Shown here: positions 8,783 through 17,470 of the stretch, in pieces | Numbering within the stretch: position 1 is the stretch's first letter | Layout: the number at the start of each line of letters is the position of its first letter | Source of the DNA: a virus | Taxonomy: Duplodnaviria; Heunggongvirae; Uroviricota; Caudoviricetes | Virus record (IMG/VR): IMGVR_UViG_3300028586_000764 | Direction: 5' to 3' (one strand) | Length of the DNA: 64,000 nt | The notes under the pieces: model-generated | The model's input: only the letters and a program-made list of their open reading frames with translations | The model's database searches: none | What the model was told of the DNA's origin: nothing | Made by a program: the position numbers and the translations under genes

Positions 8783-9568
8783 ATGCTCGCTGTAACCCAC
8801 GTTGTACGGGCCCACCGCGCCTTCTTACCAGTTGCCAGCGAACTACACCGTGCCCAACGTCTGCACGCCGGACAGCGGCAGGCATTTTGGCGCGCCTACC
8901 GCGGTGCTCGCCTGGCAATGCGCCAACCACATCAACCGCACCTGCTAGGACAAGCCCTGGCCGACCTAGTACGTGCGGGCTGTGCCTACGAAGCGGTGGC
9001 ACACGGCTTGAGGCTAGCCCGAGCGGCTACGCTGGCGCAGTTACGGGCGCAAGGCGCTGAAGGACGCGTACAGCGCGCCCTGGTCACAGAGGCGTTTCAT
9101 CTGGCACGTCAGACGTTCCGGGCACAGTTGGGTTTGCGCGAAGACCCCGTCAATCCAAAATTGCAATTCGGTCAAGTAGAGCCGGAGGCGGACTGGGTAG
9201 CATTCAGCGATGGGAGCTACCGTCCGGGCCGGGCGGCAGTGGGCGTATCACTCACGCAAACGCAGGGAGAAGGTAGCGCAGAAGTGAGCTTGACTCTGAA
9301 GGCGTCTTGCCCGCTCGAAACCGAATTGGCGGCTGCAATTGTCGCATTACAAACACTTTGCGCACTTGGAGCTCGAAAAATCGACCTGAATGTCGATTCG
9401 CTGGGAGTATTTCGTGCATTCGAGTCACGATTACCTCTAAAATACTGCGTGCAAGAAGCCGAAATGACAAGATTAGTGGAGCGGTTTGAAGGCGTAACAG
9501 TGACACTGGTACCTCGTCTCCACAATCATGCGGCAGACCGGCTAGCAGCAAAATCAGGACTGTTGTAA
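8783..9568 (+). CDS. protein with C-terminal RNase H-like (reverse-transcriptase-like RNase HI) domain
   Basis: The RNase H-like pattern is FSDGSY...AAVGV...ETELAAAIVALQ...IDLNVDS...HNHAADRLA. The N-terminal 140 aa are Ala/Arg-rich and the start is uncertain. Confidence 0.6.
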   Translation: MLAVTHVVRAHRAFLPVASELHRAQRLHAGQRQAFWRAYRGARLAMRQPHQPHLLGQALADLVRAGCAYEAVAHGLRLARAATLAQLRAQGAEGRVQRALVTEAFHLARQTFRAQLGLREDPVNPKLQFGQVEPEADWVAFSDGSYRPGRAAVGVSLTQTQGEGSAEVSLTLKASCPLETELAAAIVALQTLCALGARKIDLNVDSLGVFRAFESRLPLKYCVQEAEMTRLVERFEGVTVTLVPRLHNHAADRLAAKSGLL

Positions 9569-9581
9569 ATTTTTTAGCATT

Positions 9582-9613
9582 TTATACTTAAATGTGTTAT
9601 ACTTTTTAAATCA
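9582..9613 (+). promoter_or_regulatory. AT-rich promoter-like element with duplicated TTATACTT and 23-nt block shared with 27978-28000
   Basis: The sequence is tTTATACTTaaatgtgTTATACTTTTTAAATCA. It lies 20-50 nt upstream of the 9633 ATG. Confidence 0.5.
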
Positions 9614-9632
9614 CTTCGCAATTTAGAACACA

Positions 9633-10688
9633 ATGCCAGTTACCACTACCTCTCAGCTGCCTATCTTCGAGCTCGCCCTGGATGAAGCCTTGGAAGCGCC
9701 CAATGCGCATCACTTTCTGAACGGTGTGCGCAGCGGATACAAGGCGCTGTACGAATCGATTGTGGCAAACTCAGGCAATCGCAAGCGTGGACTTGACGCG
9801 CTTGACGCGTTCTTTGCCGCGAACAATGCCAACGTTCGTCGCCGTCGTGTTGCCGAACTGTGCGCTTGGTCGATTTTCGACAAGCCGTCGCTGCCTACGG
9901 AGCAAGACGCACTACCAGAATTTCTGTGGCTGTTTGCCATGCCCTTCCTGGTGACGTTCACTGCCGAGCAGTTGACGCGCCCGATTCTGCTGGAAGGCCC
10001 GGTCTTCGACGCTGATGCGCTGCTGACCTGTGCCGAAGATGCGGAAGTATTCAATGACGACGGGTTCATCCGGGCATTTTCCACGATGCTGCGTCGTGAT
10101 GACCTGCATGCCTACGGCCCGCGGGGCCTGGCCAGCACGTTTGTGACAGCCGAACTCGGTGGTGACGAAGTGCCGCAGCCGCTGCCACTGCTGATGGACG
10201 AAGACATCGAATCGCATCGCACGGTGGTCTATTTCGTACCCTGCGCGGCTCGTCTGCCAGTTGGCACCCGGCACCTCATGAACAAGGATGCTGTATGGTG
10301 CGAGCAAGAAGCTGCCCGGGTCATCCGTGAAGGCCTGGAAATGCAGGGGCTGGAAATCGATAACGTGCGCAGTCTGCCGCCCTGCCCCATGTCCGAAATC
10401 ATGCTCTATTGCTCGGGCTCCGGCCTGGCTGAGCTGGAATCGAATCTCGCCCGTGCAAAACAAATCTATGGAGAACTCAAAGTGGTCATCAAATATCCGA
10501 TGGAAGGCTTTGCCGAAATCAACGCACTGAACAACGAAGGCCAAGAAATCATGTTGCTGCCGGCTTTTGCGTTCGTCGAACCGCAGGCTGAGCTACGCCA
10601 AGTCGTCAATGCCATCTGTGAACAGCACGATATCCCGTTCAAGGGCTCGTTCACGCCGGCATTCACCGGCAGCCGCCTCATTCACTGA
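9633..10688 (+). CDS. hypothetical protein (351 aa)
   Basis: The long ORF has protein-like composition and an AT-rich promoter region upstream. Confidence 0.7.
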   Translation: MPVTTTSQLPIFELALDEALEAPNAHHFLNGVRSGYKALYESIVANSGNRKRGLDALDAFFAANNANVRRRRVAELCAWSIFDKPSLPTEQDALPEFLWLFAMPFLVTFTAEQLTRPILLEGPVFDADALLTCAEDAEVFNDDGFIRAFSTMLRRDDLHAYGPRGLASTFVTAELGGDEVPQPLPLLMDEDIESHRTVVYFVPCAARLPVGTRHLMNKDAVWCEQEAARVIREGLEMQGLEIDNVRSLPPCPMSEIMLYCSGSGLAELESNLARAKQIYGELKVVIKYPMEGFAEINALNNEGQEIMLLPAFAFVEPQAELRQVVNAICEQHDIPFKGSFTPAFTGSRLIH

Positions 10689-11046
10689 GCCACACGACGG
10701 TCGGAATGTCGACCGGCACCCAGCGCGCGTAGTGGTATTGCCCTTCGCGTATTGTCAGGTGTACCTCTTGCATCCTGGCCGGGGCGCTCACTCGGCCATT
10801 GTCAAACGCCGGCAGGTAGTGGAAAAACCGCACCGGCCGGTGCTGTAACCCCTTCATGGTCAGTTCGACCGTAATCAGGTTGGCAACTTGTTCAAAGCGG
10901 GCCGTCAGCACGCCGAACTGACGTTGGCCCTGCGGCTCCCGCAATATCACGAAAGTCACGCCATCGTGGTCCTCAATGCGCATATCGCATTCCAGGCTCT
11001 CTTCCGCCCCAAGCGAAAAGCGTCTACGCACATACTCCGTCACCAC
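10678..11046 (-). CDS. hypothetical protein (122 aa)
   Basis: A GTG start sits 5 nt after GGAG. The gene is convergent with the 9633 gene. Confidence 0.5.
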   Translation of the reverse strand: MVTEYVRRRFSLGAEESLECDMRIEDHDGVTFVILREPQGQRQFGVLTARFEQVANLITVELTMKGLQHRPVRFFHYLPAFDNGRVSAPARMQEVHLTIREGQYHYARWVPVDIPTVVWLSE

Positions 11047-11206
11047 CGATTCTCCTTATCAAAGCGCCATCTTTCGAGATGATACCGCACCTGGTGTCGC
11101 TTGAGGCTCCCATTTGAAAACACTGTTGCTATAGGTCTTGTGTCTAGCGGGCTCCCAACCCCACAGGCGCTCTTAGGAACCATATTTTTCTTTTAGGAGC
11201 CATACC

Positions 11207-11467
11207 ATGAATACCCAAGTCAATACCCAAGCATCCCAAGCTTACAACGCACGTACCGGTGCAGTTTTCGTCAAAGGCGAACCTGTGCTGATTGCACGTG
11301 AAAGCGACTTCCGGGATTTCATGGAAGAGGCGCCTGCGGAAAAAGTGCACAGCCTGCGTGCATCCCTCGAACTCGCTATCAGCCAATTCGGCGAAGCACG
11401 TTCGGTGGCCTGTGACCTGCTGCGTCAGCGACTGCGTGAAGTTCGCAGTCACATCCAAAGCGCCTGA
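11207..11467 (+). CDS. hypothetical small protein (86 aa)
   Basis: There is an AGGAG RBS 7 nt from the ATG and a terminator directly downstream. Confidence 0.65.
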   Translation: MNTQVNTQASQAYNARTGAVFVKGEPVLIARESDFRDFMEEAPAEKVHSLRASLELAISQFGEARSVACDLLRQRLREVRSHIQSA

Positions 11468-11484
11468 CCGCGTTGATTCAATTA

Positions 11485-11516
11485 GCCGTCTCGATTCTTC
11501 GAGACGGCTTTTTCTT
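11485..11516 (+). terminator. rho-independent terminator
   Basis: The hairpin gccgtctcga-ttctt-cgagacggc is followed by TTTTTC. Confidence 0.85.
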
Positions 11517-11585
11517 TGGCTAAATCGAACCGCTACACCAGCCACAAAGACAGAGACAACTCGAAAACGCATATTCGCCGTGAAG

Positions 11586-12158
11586 ATGCAAACAAAACAA
11601 ATGAAAAACGGTACTGTACCGTCGCACCTGCGTAAGGCGGGCGCCTATCTGATGTCAGCCACATTGCTTGCGGCACTCTCCGCCTGCACGCCGGACCGCC
11701 CCCAGCCCACCGCCCCCACCCTCAATCTGGTTACAGGCTGCTTCGAGTCAATGAACGGATTCGGTGAGCCATACCTGTACGTAGGGTGTCTGACCAAGCC
11801 GGAGTTGGACAGCCTGAATGACCATCAGCCCGACGGCTTCGTGACAAACAACGTGGCCGTATTCAAAGCAGAATATGCAAGTGCCGTTCGCCAGGGCGCA
11901 AGCAATGTCCGCCAGCCAGCGTTGAACCTGATAACGGGTTGTTTTGAAGGTCAGAACCGCATACTGCTGGGCTTGCACAAGCAATGCCCTGTCGGGTTCG
12001 ACACCCTTCAAGAAAAGTTCTTTTCGGCTGGCGTGCTGCGAAAGATTGGCCTGGCGAGGGACACTTACTTCAATCAAGGGGTCGCCGACCTTGAAGTAAG
12101 TCGGCCACGCTATGTTCCGCCCGTCGACTACACCTACCATCCAATCATTATTCTCTGA
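11586..12158 (+). CDS. lipoprotein with internal tandem repeat
   Basis: The lipobox is LLAALSAC. The internal duplication is PTLNLVTGCFE...C and PALNLITGCFE...C. The start could be at 11586, 11601 or a later ATG. Confidence 0.6.
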   Translation: MQTKQMKNGTVPSHLRKAGAYLMSATLLAALSACTPDRPQPTAPTLNLVTGCFESMNGFGEPYLYVGCLTKPELDSLNDHQPDGFVTNNVAVFKAEYASAVRQGASNVRQPALNLITGCFEGQNRILLGLHKQCPVGFDTLQEKFFSAGVLRKIGLARDTYFNQGVADLEVSRPRYVPPVDYTYHPIIIL

Positions 12159-12250
12159 GTTAAAGACAAGCTGGCGCAGGCCGGCTTTTTCTTTTCAGGC
12201 ACTAGTAGGCCGCGTCGTGAGCGGCTCTTCGTTGTCCACTACAATGGCAC

Positions 12251-12280
12251 AAAAAAACCCGCAGACTACGCTGCGGGTTG
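12251..12280 (-). terminator. rho-independent terminator
   Basis: The minus strand reads cccgcag-cgtagt-ctgcggg followed by TTTTTTT. Confidence 0.8.
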
Positions 12281-12291
12281 GAAAAAACATT

Positions 12292-12624
12292 TTAAGCATG
12301 CTCGGGTGCCTCCGTTGGCACTCGCACCAAGGCGCTCCCTACGGAGGTGGCCAACTGTACTTCACCGTTGCTGCGCACGAATTTGAGCGATGTGCCCATA
12401 TCAATGGCCTTCGGGTCGCCAAATAACTCGGCACTGACGTCCTGCAGTCGCAATGGGAATTGCTCTACCGGGATGCCATGTCCTGACAGTTCTCGGAACA
12501 GAACGAGCACAGAACGTGTTGCGGCCAAATGCAGCGGTTGGTTGCCAACCCACAATTCATGTGAGGCTCCGCATACCGCTGCCATAGGAGGTTCAGCTAC
12601 TGGGGAAGCAGCAAGATTTACCAT
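12292..12624 (-). CDS. hypothetical protein (110 aa)
   Basis: There is an AAGGA RBS 7 nt from the ATG at 12624 and a terminator downstream. Confidence 0.6.
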   Translation of the reverse strand: MVNLAASPVAEPPMAAVCGASHELWVGNQPLHLAATRSVLVLFRELSGHGIPVEQFPLRLQDVSAELFGDPKAIDMGTSLKFVRSNGEVQLATSVGSALVRVPTEAPEHA

Positions 12625-12639
12625 CGATATTTCCTTAAA

Positions 12640-12663
12640 GTTGTCCTTTCTCATATAGATAGA
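12640..12663 (-). promoter_or_regulatory. recurrent upstream element (TCTATATG-N4-AGGACAAC)
   Basis: The coding strand reads tctaTCTATATGagaaAGGACAACtttAAGGAaatatcgATG. Confidence 0.45.
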
Positions 12664-12843
12664 CCCAATAAATCGGTATTCCCCAAAAATGACTGACGTT
12701 CCTGTCAGAACTAATTTCGTTCAAGATATTATCGACAACTCACGGTAGTGTCAGCAAATTTTTGAACAAGCAACACATATTTATGAAACATTATCAAGTT
12801 ACTACTCGCTAGACCTATTAGGTCAACTATTTGGAGCACTTCT

Positions 12844-13281
12844 ATGAAGGTCGCTGTCTCGGCTGTCAACGCCAACAATGAAATCGTGCAACTCATCCTT
12901 ACTCCCTCGGACGAACTGCTCGCTGAACAAGCGCGCGTCGTTGCGACTTGCCCCAACCAGCTGCCTTTCCAGGAACTGCACGTCACCTTAGCGACGTCGC
13001 CTTTCCTGCACGAGAACCTGCCCTTACCTGCGCATCCCCCGCACATCGAGCTGGTCGACGTAGCCTCGAAGGTTGAGCGTGACGATAAGACTTCGGTCTA
13101 TCTGCGCGTATCGGACGCTTCACAGAAAGCACTGGAACAATACGTACACGCTATCGCGGCAATGGTGAATCTGAGCCTGCACGACGTGGAACGTGTATTT
13201 CACGTAAGCCTGTCAAACCTGACCGGCGCACCCCGCGGCTCCATCGCAAAGGTCTGGAACCATATTCCGACGTCGGTGTAA
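12844..13281 (+). CDS. hypothetical protein (145 aa)
   Basis: There is a GGAG RBS 7 nt from the ATG, an AT-rich upstream region and a strong terminator downstream. Confidence 0.7.
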   Translation: MKVAVSAVNANNEIVQLILTPSDELLAEQARVVATCPNQLPFQELHVTLATSPFLHENLPLPAHPPHIELVDVASKVERDDKTSVYLRVSDASQKALEQYVHAIAAMVNLSLHDVERVFHVSLSNLTGAPRGSIAKVWNHIPTSV

Positions 13282-13303
13282 GCCGGCACTGCAATACCCT
13301 TCA

Positions 13304-13335
13304 ACCCGTGAGCCAACTTGGTCACGGGTTTTTTC
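13304..13335 (+). terminator. rho-independent terminator
   Basis: The hairpin acccgtgagcc-aactt-ggtcacgggt is followed by TTTTTT. Confidence 0.85.
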
Positions 13336-13350
13336 TTCAACCGGGTAAAG

Positions 13351-13374
13351 AAAAACGCCTCCCGAGGGAGGCGT
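13351..13374 (-). terminator. rho-independent terminator of the Nudix gene
   Basis: The minus strand reads cgcctccc-tcg-ggaggcg followed by TTTTT. Confidence 0.8.
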
Positions 13375-13380
13375 GTGTAA

Positions 13381-13833
13381 TTAGGCAGCGGCAGGGGTGG
13401 CCGGTGCGCAGCGTTGGGCTTCGCGCAGCGCTTCGATGGCGCTGGCCAGCAGGCTCATGAAGTCCGGACAGAACAGTTCAGGGAACTGCCACGCATCGAC
13501 GATAGTTGGAAGCGCCATGCGAATCTCGATGACCTCGTCCGTCATGCTACGCGCGGAGAAAATGTCAGCCGAAACAGCGCAGTATGTGTAGAGCTCTGCC
13601 GTACTGCCGAAACGACGATAGCGTGCCAGAATCCAGGCGTCCAACGAGATGGTGATGTCTGCTTCTTCCTTGCATTCGCGGCTTGCCGCTTCTTCAGGCG
13701 ACTCGCCTTCTTCGATATGGCCCCCGGGGAAGTTAAGCCTGCCGAGCAAGAACTCTGGGCCATGGCGCTTGGTCAGGACCATGACATGGCTGAAGTCTGG
13801 GGAGAATACGATGGATTGAGCGTAACGCTTCAT
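13381..13833 (-). CDS. NUDIX hydrolase
   Basis: The Nudix box is GRLNFPGGHIEEGESPEEAASRECKEEADI. The start at 13833 (MKRYAQ) has an AAAGG RBS. Confidence 0.85.
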   Translation of the reverse strand: MKRYAQSIVFSPDFSHVMVLTKRHGPEFLLGRLNFPGGHIEEGESPEEAASRECKEEADITISLDAWILARYRRFGSTAELYTYCAVSADIFSARSMTDEVIEIRMALPTIVDAWQFPELFCPDFMSLLASAIEALREAQRCAPATPAAA

Positions 13834-13852
13834 GACTACCTTTCGATGTTGA

Positions 13853-13873
13853 ATTGACCTGCAAGGTATAGCC
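13853..13873 (-). promoter_or_regulatory. recurrent upstream element (GGCTATAC-N5-AGGTCAAT)
   Basis: The coding strand reads gtGGCTATACcttgcAGGTCAATtcaacatcgAAAGGtagtcATG. Confidence 0.5.
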
Positions 13874-14112
13874 ACACCGCGCTTTAAGCGTACGGGCATC
13901 TTCCTGCCTTTAACGGATTACCTGTCTCGAGTAGCGGTGTTGTGACACGCTCCTTAGGCCCTGGCTCATCTGCGCTTACCAAGCCCCAGTGTTGCTGGCG
14001 TCGTCTAGCAGCCCATTTGAATAGCGCCAGCGCCTCAAGAGTGATGTCGGCCGCGAGTTGGTCGTCAATGGTAAGCAGGACGCGCTAGAACATCCTCGGA
14101 CATTCGAAAAGA

Positions 14113-14138
14113 AAAACCGCATGGCAGAGCATGCGGTT
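14113..14138 (-). terminator. rho-independent terminator
   Basis: The minus strand reads aaccgcatg-ctctgc-catgcggtt followed by TTTTC. Confidence 0.8.
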
Positions 14139-14159
14139 CTTGAATGAAATTGCGACTGC

Positions 14160-14390
14160 TCACATGCTGTCGACGTAATCCTTTGCCTCGCGCAGGCCGA
14201 CGCCCATCTTGTCGCGATACAGCTTGATTGCCTGCATCTCTTTGTTGGCACGCTTGAGAACGCGGCACTGTTCGATGATGGTTTGCTGGTGAGCGTCCTT
14301 CTCAGCCAGCTCTTGTTGACGCAGCTCGGCCAGCTCTTGCTCGAGTTGAACAATACGAGCACGTCGCGCTTCAGGAGTCATTTGTTCCAT
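14160..14390 (-). CDS. small coiled-coil protein with ribosomal L7/L12 C-terminal-domain-like segment
   Basis: AIKLYRDKMGVGLREAKDYVDSM resembles L7/L12 [21 protein letters not shown]. The N-terminus is a coiled coil ARRARIVQLEQELAELRQQ. Confidence 0.55.
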   Translation of the reverse strand: MEQMTPEARRARIVQLEQELAELRQQELAEKDAHQQTIIEQCRVLKRANKEMQAIKLYRDKMGVGLREAKDYVDSM

Positions 14391-14413
14391 ATTCTCATAC
14401 CTTAAAAGTAAAA

Positions 14414-14433
14414 ACTGTCCTGATTACAAATTA
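14414..14433 (-). promoter_or_regulatory. variant upstream element (TAATTTGTAATC-AGGACAGT)
   Basis: The coding strand reads cagTAATTTGTAATcAGGACAGTttttacttttAAGGtatgagaatATG. Confidence 0.35.
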
Positions 14434-14482
14434 CTGCCCGACTTCCAGGCTACTGCTGAAAGTCGGGACGCGGACGCACCGC

Positions 14483-14710
14483 TTAGGTCGGGCTGAGGGG
14501 GCTGATGAGACCCCAGTCGATGACACCGGGCTTGCTGTCCGGGGCCGCCACCACGCCAGGCACTTCGCCGACGTATTTCGGTTCTTCATCGTCACGCTCG
14601 AAGGTGTCACGCCACATCTGGGTGGCAGCTTCAGCGCTTTCGGCAAGGACCAGTGCATCTTGGTCCATCGATGGGTCATTGTCTCGGACGTAGAACAGTT
14701 TCAGATTCAT
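14483..14710 (-). CDS. hypothetical acidic small protein (75 aa)
   Basis: There is a GAGG RBS 6 nt from the ATG at 14710. Confidence 0.5.
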   Translation of the reverse strand: MNLKLFYVRDNDPSMDQDALVLAESAEAATQMWRDTFERDDEEPKYVGEVPGVVAAPDSKPGVIDWGLISPLSPT

Positions 14711-14724
14711 GCGTTTCCTCTCAT

Positions 14725-14758
14725 GTTGGCCTGTTGGCAAATAGCATGAGGTATAGCC
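14725..14758 (-). promoter_or_regulatory. recurrent upstream element (GGCTATAC-N18-AGGCCAAC)
   Basis: The coding strand reads ttGGCTATACctcatgctatttgccaacAGGCCAACatGAGAGGAAAcgcATG. Confidence 0.45.
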
Positions 14759-14774
14759 AAATGCCTTTCGGCTG

Positions 14775-15143
14775 TTAGCGTGTCACAAGTGCGATGTCCC
14801 GCGGATTCTTTTTCTGCAGGTCAGCGATGGTCTTGGCGATTTGCTCATAGCGCACTTCACGGTCCACCGACAACTCGATAGACGTATCCGGCTTAATGCG
14901 GCGTGCCAGGTCGTCCATCGACACCGGGCTCATTTCCACCATTAGCTGGCCGCTTTCTAGCAGCGAAACCGACAACGTCTTGGCGACCACGGGCGCGCCG
15001 GCTAAGTCAGTCTGCGGCAAGTCGACCGGCAGTCGCTTGACGAACATCGGCATGGCCAGGAGCACGACGACTAGCAGAATCAGCAGGACGTCGACCAGCG
15101 GGGTGATATTAACGGCGGCCAGGGGCTTGCGTTGGTTGTCCAT
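14775..15143 (-). CDS. exbD: ExbD/TolR family biopolymer transport protein
   Basis: AVNITPLVDVLLILLVVVLL is the typical ExbD/TolR N-terminal TM segment, followed by a periplasmic domain. Confidence 0.85.
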   Translation of the reverse strand: MDNQRKPLAAVNITPLVDVLLILLVVVLLAMPMFVKRLPVDLPQTDLAGAPVVAKTLSVSLLESGQLMVEMSPVSMDDLARRIKPDTSIELSVDREVRYEQIAKTIADLQKKNPRDIALVTR

Positions 15144-15516
15144 CGAAGGGCTCCGGAAGGAAGTATTGAGACAGCGCGGCGTCCAGCTCAGGGAACGTAT
15201 GCTTATCGAAAAATTCGTTTTTTAGTCGGGTGACCGCTGCGGACGCTGCCGCAGGACGGGAATGCCGGCGAAGCGCCTGGCGAAAGCGTTGCATGGCAAC
15301 GTCGTACCAAGCGTCTTCCGTATTAACGCCCTGCTCCATCAGCGCTTCGACCTGGGCTGGTGCCATGTCGGACAACTCAAGCCATGCTGTCATCGCCGCG
15401 AGCAACTCCTCGATGCCCTGCGGGCGCGTGAGGTCACAAAAGATGTTCAGGCTCTGGCCACCGATGTTCAGCGGCGGCAGCACGGCCGTATGGGCGAAGG
15501 TGGCTGGGCTCTTCAT
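15109..15516 (-). CDS. hypothetical protein (135 aa) inserted between exbB-like and exbD-like genes
   Basis: The ORF overlaps the exbB-like stop and the exbD-like start. No family is recognised. Confidence 0.5.
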   Translation of the reverse strand: MKSPATFAHTAVLPPLNIGGQSLNIFCDLTRPQGIEELLAAMTAWLELSDMAPAQVEALMEQGVNTEDAWYDVAMQRFRQALRRHSRPAAASAAVTRLKNEFFDKHTFPELDAALSQYFLPEPFDGQPTQAPGRR

Positions 15517-15953
15517 TTGAACGACCTCAGCGCACGATTGTGCATCAGCTGTAGCTTGCGCTGCATTAGGTTGTACGCTACAGCGGCGGGCACAGCAGAA
15601 GCGAGGCCGACTAGCGTAGAATTCAGGGCGGTCGCAATTGGGCCTGAGATGAGCGTGATATCGACACCGCTACCAGACATGGCGCGCAGCGCTTCGATAA
15701 TGTGCATCACAGTGCCCGCCAAGCCTACGAATGGCGCGGTCGATGCGATGACAGCCAACATGGGAATACCCGCTTCAAGTTTCTCAATGACTTCGTCCAG
15801 TTTGCTCTGGTCGACGCCCACCTGCTCTTGCAAGCTGCGACGGAAGACAAGCTTCGGCGCCCACAGCTCCAGCGCTTTGTAGAGGATGAGTCCGATGGTC
15901 AGTGCGACAAGCGCCACCAGGAGATAATCGACGTAAATTGCAAGGTCTTTCAT
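15513..15953 (-). CDS. exbB: MotA/TolQ/ExbB proton-channel family protein
   Basis: The 146-aa protein has 3 TM segments and a GLAGTV...ALNSTLVGLASAVPAAVAYN pattern. Confidence 0.8.
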   Translation of the reverse strand: MKDLAIYVDYLLVALVALTIGLILYKALELWAPKLVFRRSLQEQVGVDQSKLDEVIEKLEAGIPMLAVIASTAPFVGLAGTVMHIIEALRAMSGSGVDITLISGPIATALNSTLVGLASAVPAAVAYNLMQRKLQLMHNRALRSFK

Positions 15954-15989
15954 TGTCAGTCTCGTTGAATGTGAAGTGAAAAAGTGAAA

Positions 15990-16721
15990 TCAAGGCAAGT
16001 CGAGGGTGTCCGGCTTGCTCTTACCATCGTCATACGGCACCCGAATTTCGAGCTTGCGCTGCTCTCCAGGTACCAACGGTGGAACCAGGTTGGTCCAGCG
16101 CTGACCTTTGGAGGCCAGTGCTAGTGCCAAGTCCCCTAATGCATTACTCGAAGGGACCAGGATGCGTGTGTCGATGACAATGCCCTGGTCATTGACCGTC
16201 AGCTCCAGCACCAGCACGGACCCTCCCGGCTGCTCGGGGTACGTCTTTGCTGGTTCCTCGGGTGGTGCTGGAGGAACTTCCGAACTCGGGATGGGCGGCA
16301 GGGGCATCGCGGCTACTTGCGAGGGCATGACAATCGCCGGTTGCTCGAGCGTAGGCAGCGGGGGTTGCGGCGCTATTGGCATATTCGGAGTCACCGACGT
16401 AGCGGGAACTGCCGGAGTGTTCAAAGGCGCAGCCGCTGCTACTGGCACGTTCGGGGCCACGACAGGCCGAGGTGGCTTAGGCTTGACCGGCGCCTTGTCA
16501 ACCTTCAGCGGCAAAACCTGACGCGGTGCGACAGCTGCCGGAGTAGGCGTCGGCGCTGGCTTTGCCACAGCCCGAACTGCCACTCGCACGGGCTTAGGCT
16601 TAGCAGGAGGAGTCCACTGCAGCTGCGGTTTCAGCCCTTGTGTTAGGGCCATCGCCAGCCAGACACCCGCACCAAGGCAGACAGTGCGACTGGCCAGATT
16701 GCCCCAGGCGTTGACTGCCAT
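15990..16721 (-). CDS. TonB/TolA-like energy transducer (N-terminal TM, Pro-rich spacer, TonB C-terminal domain)
   Basis: There are long PxP repeats. The C-terminus VLVLELTVNDQGIVIDTRILVPSSNALGDLALALASKG is TonB_C-like. There is an AGGAG RBS. Confidence 0.8.
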   Translation of the reverse strand: MAVNAWGNLASRTVCLGAGVWLAMALTQGLKPQLQWTPPAKPKPVRVAVRAVAKPAPTPTPAAVAPRQVLPLKVDKAPVKPKPPRPVVAPNVPVAAAAPLNTPAVPATSVTPNMPIAPQPPLPTLEQPAIVMPSQVAAMPLPPIPSSEVPPAPPEEPAKTYPEQPGGSVLVLELTVNDQGIVIDTRILVPSSNALGDLALALASKGQRWTNLVPPLVPGEQRKLEIRVPYDDGKSKPDTLDLP

Positions 16722-16724
16722 CGA

Positions 16725-17336
16725 TTACTCCTGCGAGTTACGGCGTGCGCGGAAGCGAATCACGCCGAAGCCCAAGACCAGCATGCCTAATGCCAGCAGT
16801 CCGGTCTTCATGGCCTGGTCTCGATGAGACTGTACCCAAGAAAGCCAGCTCGCCGGATTTTTCAGGTCAAAGCCGACCGCGACGACAGGCGCAGCTGGGG
16901 CAGCTGCAGGCGTAGTGGTGGGCGCGCTTTTTTGCTCGTTGAGCGGGTCGACACCTGCCTTGGCAGCCTGTGCCATCGTGGCGTATGTCATAACGGGCTG
17001 GCCTGCAACGGGAGTGCTGGTCGAGGGGGTCCCGGCCGGGTTGGATGCGGCAGCTTTATTAGTCGGGTCCGAGGCAGGAATCATCGGCATTCCCGAAGGG
17101 GACGTTGCAGTGCCTGTCGTGGTCGTGGCCGTAGGCGTCGAAGCCGCGGCCGGGGCCGAAGTTGGCGCGGGCCGCTCTTTCACCAGAAGGGGCATTTGAA
17201 CGTCGGCGCGCTTAGCCGGCAGCGCATCTGGCGTGGGCACGTCGAACTTTTTCACATAGGGTTGAGCCTGGTCGGCGGCGCTGGCGCTTACGCACGTCGC
17301 AAGCAGCGCGGTCAACAAAAGGTTTCGCATTGGCAA
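16725..17336 (-). CDS. secreted Pro/Thr/Ala-rich protein with C-terminal TM anchor and basic tail
   Basis: The signal peptide is MRNLLLTALLATCVSASA. The protein is low complexity and ends in ...TGLLALGMLVLGFGVIRFRARRNSQE. Confidence 0.65.
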   Translation of the reverse strand: MPMRNLLLTALLATCVSASAADQAQPYVKKFDVPTPDALPAKRADVQMPLLVKERPAPTSAPAAASTPTATTTTGTATSPSGMPMIPASDPTNKAAASNPAGTPSTSTPVAGQPVMTYATMAQAAKAGVDPLNEQKSAPTTTPAAAPAAPVVAVGFDLKNPASWLSWVQSHRDQAMKTGLLALGMLVLGFGVIRFRARRNSQE

Positions 17337-17406
17337 ACTACTCCAGAAAGGGACATATCAGCCCTGTATAGGAGGTAGTCTTTAGCCGCTTTTTAGGGCA
17401 CCAATG

Positions 17407-17450
17407 AAAAAGTCGCCTTCGTATGCTGGGGAAGCATACGAAAGCGACTT
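17407..17450 (-). terminator. rho-independent terminator (15-bp stem)
   Basis: The minus strand reads gtcgctttcgtatgc-ttcccca-gcatacgaaggcgac followed by TTTTTC. Confidence 0.8.
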
Positions 17451-17470
17451 GGAATCACATCGAGCGTAGG

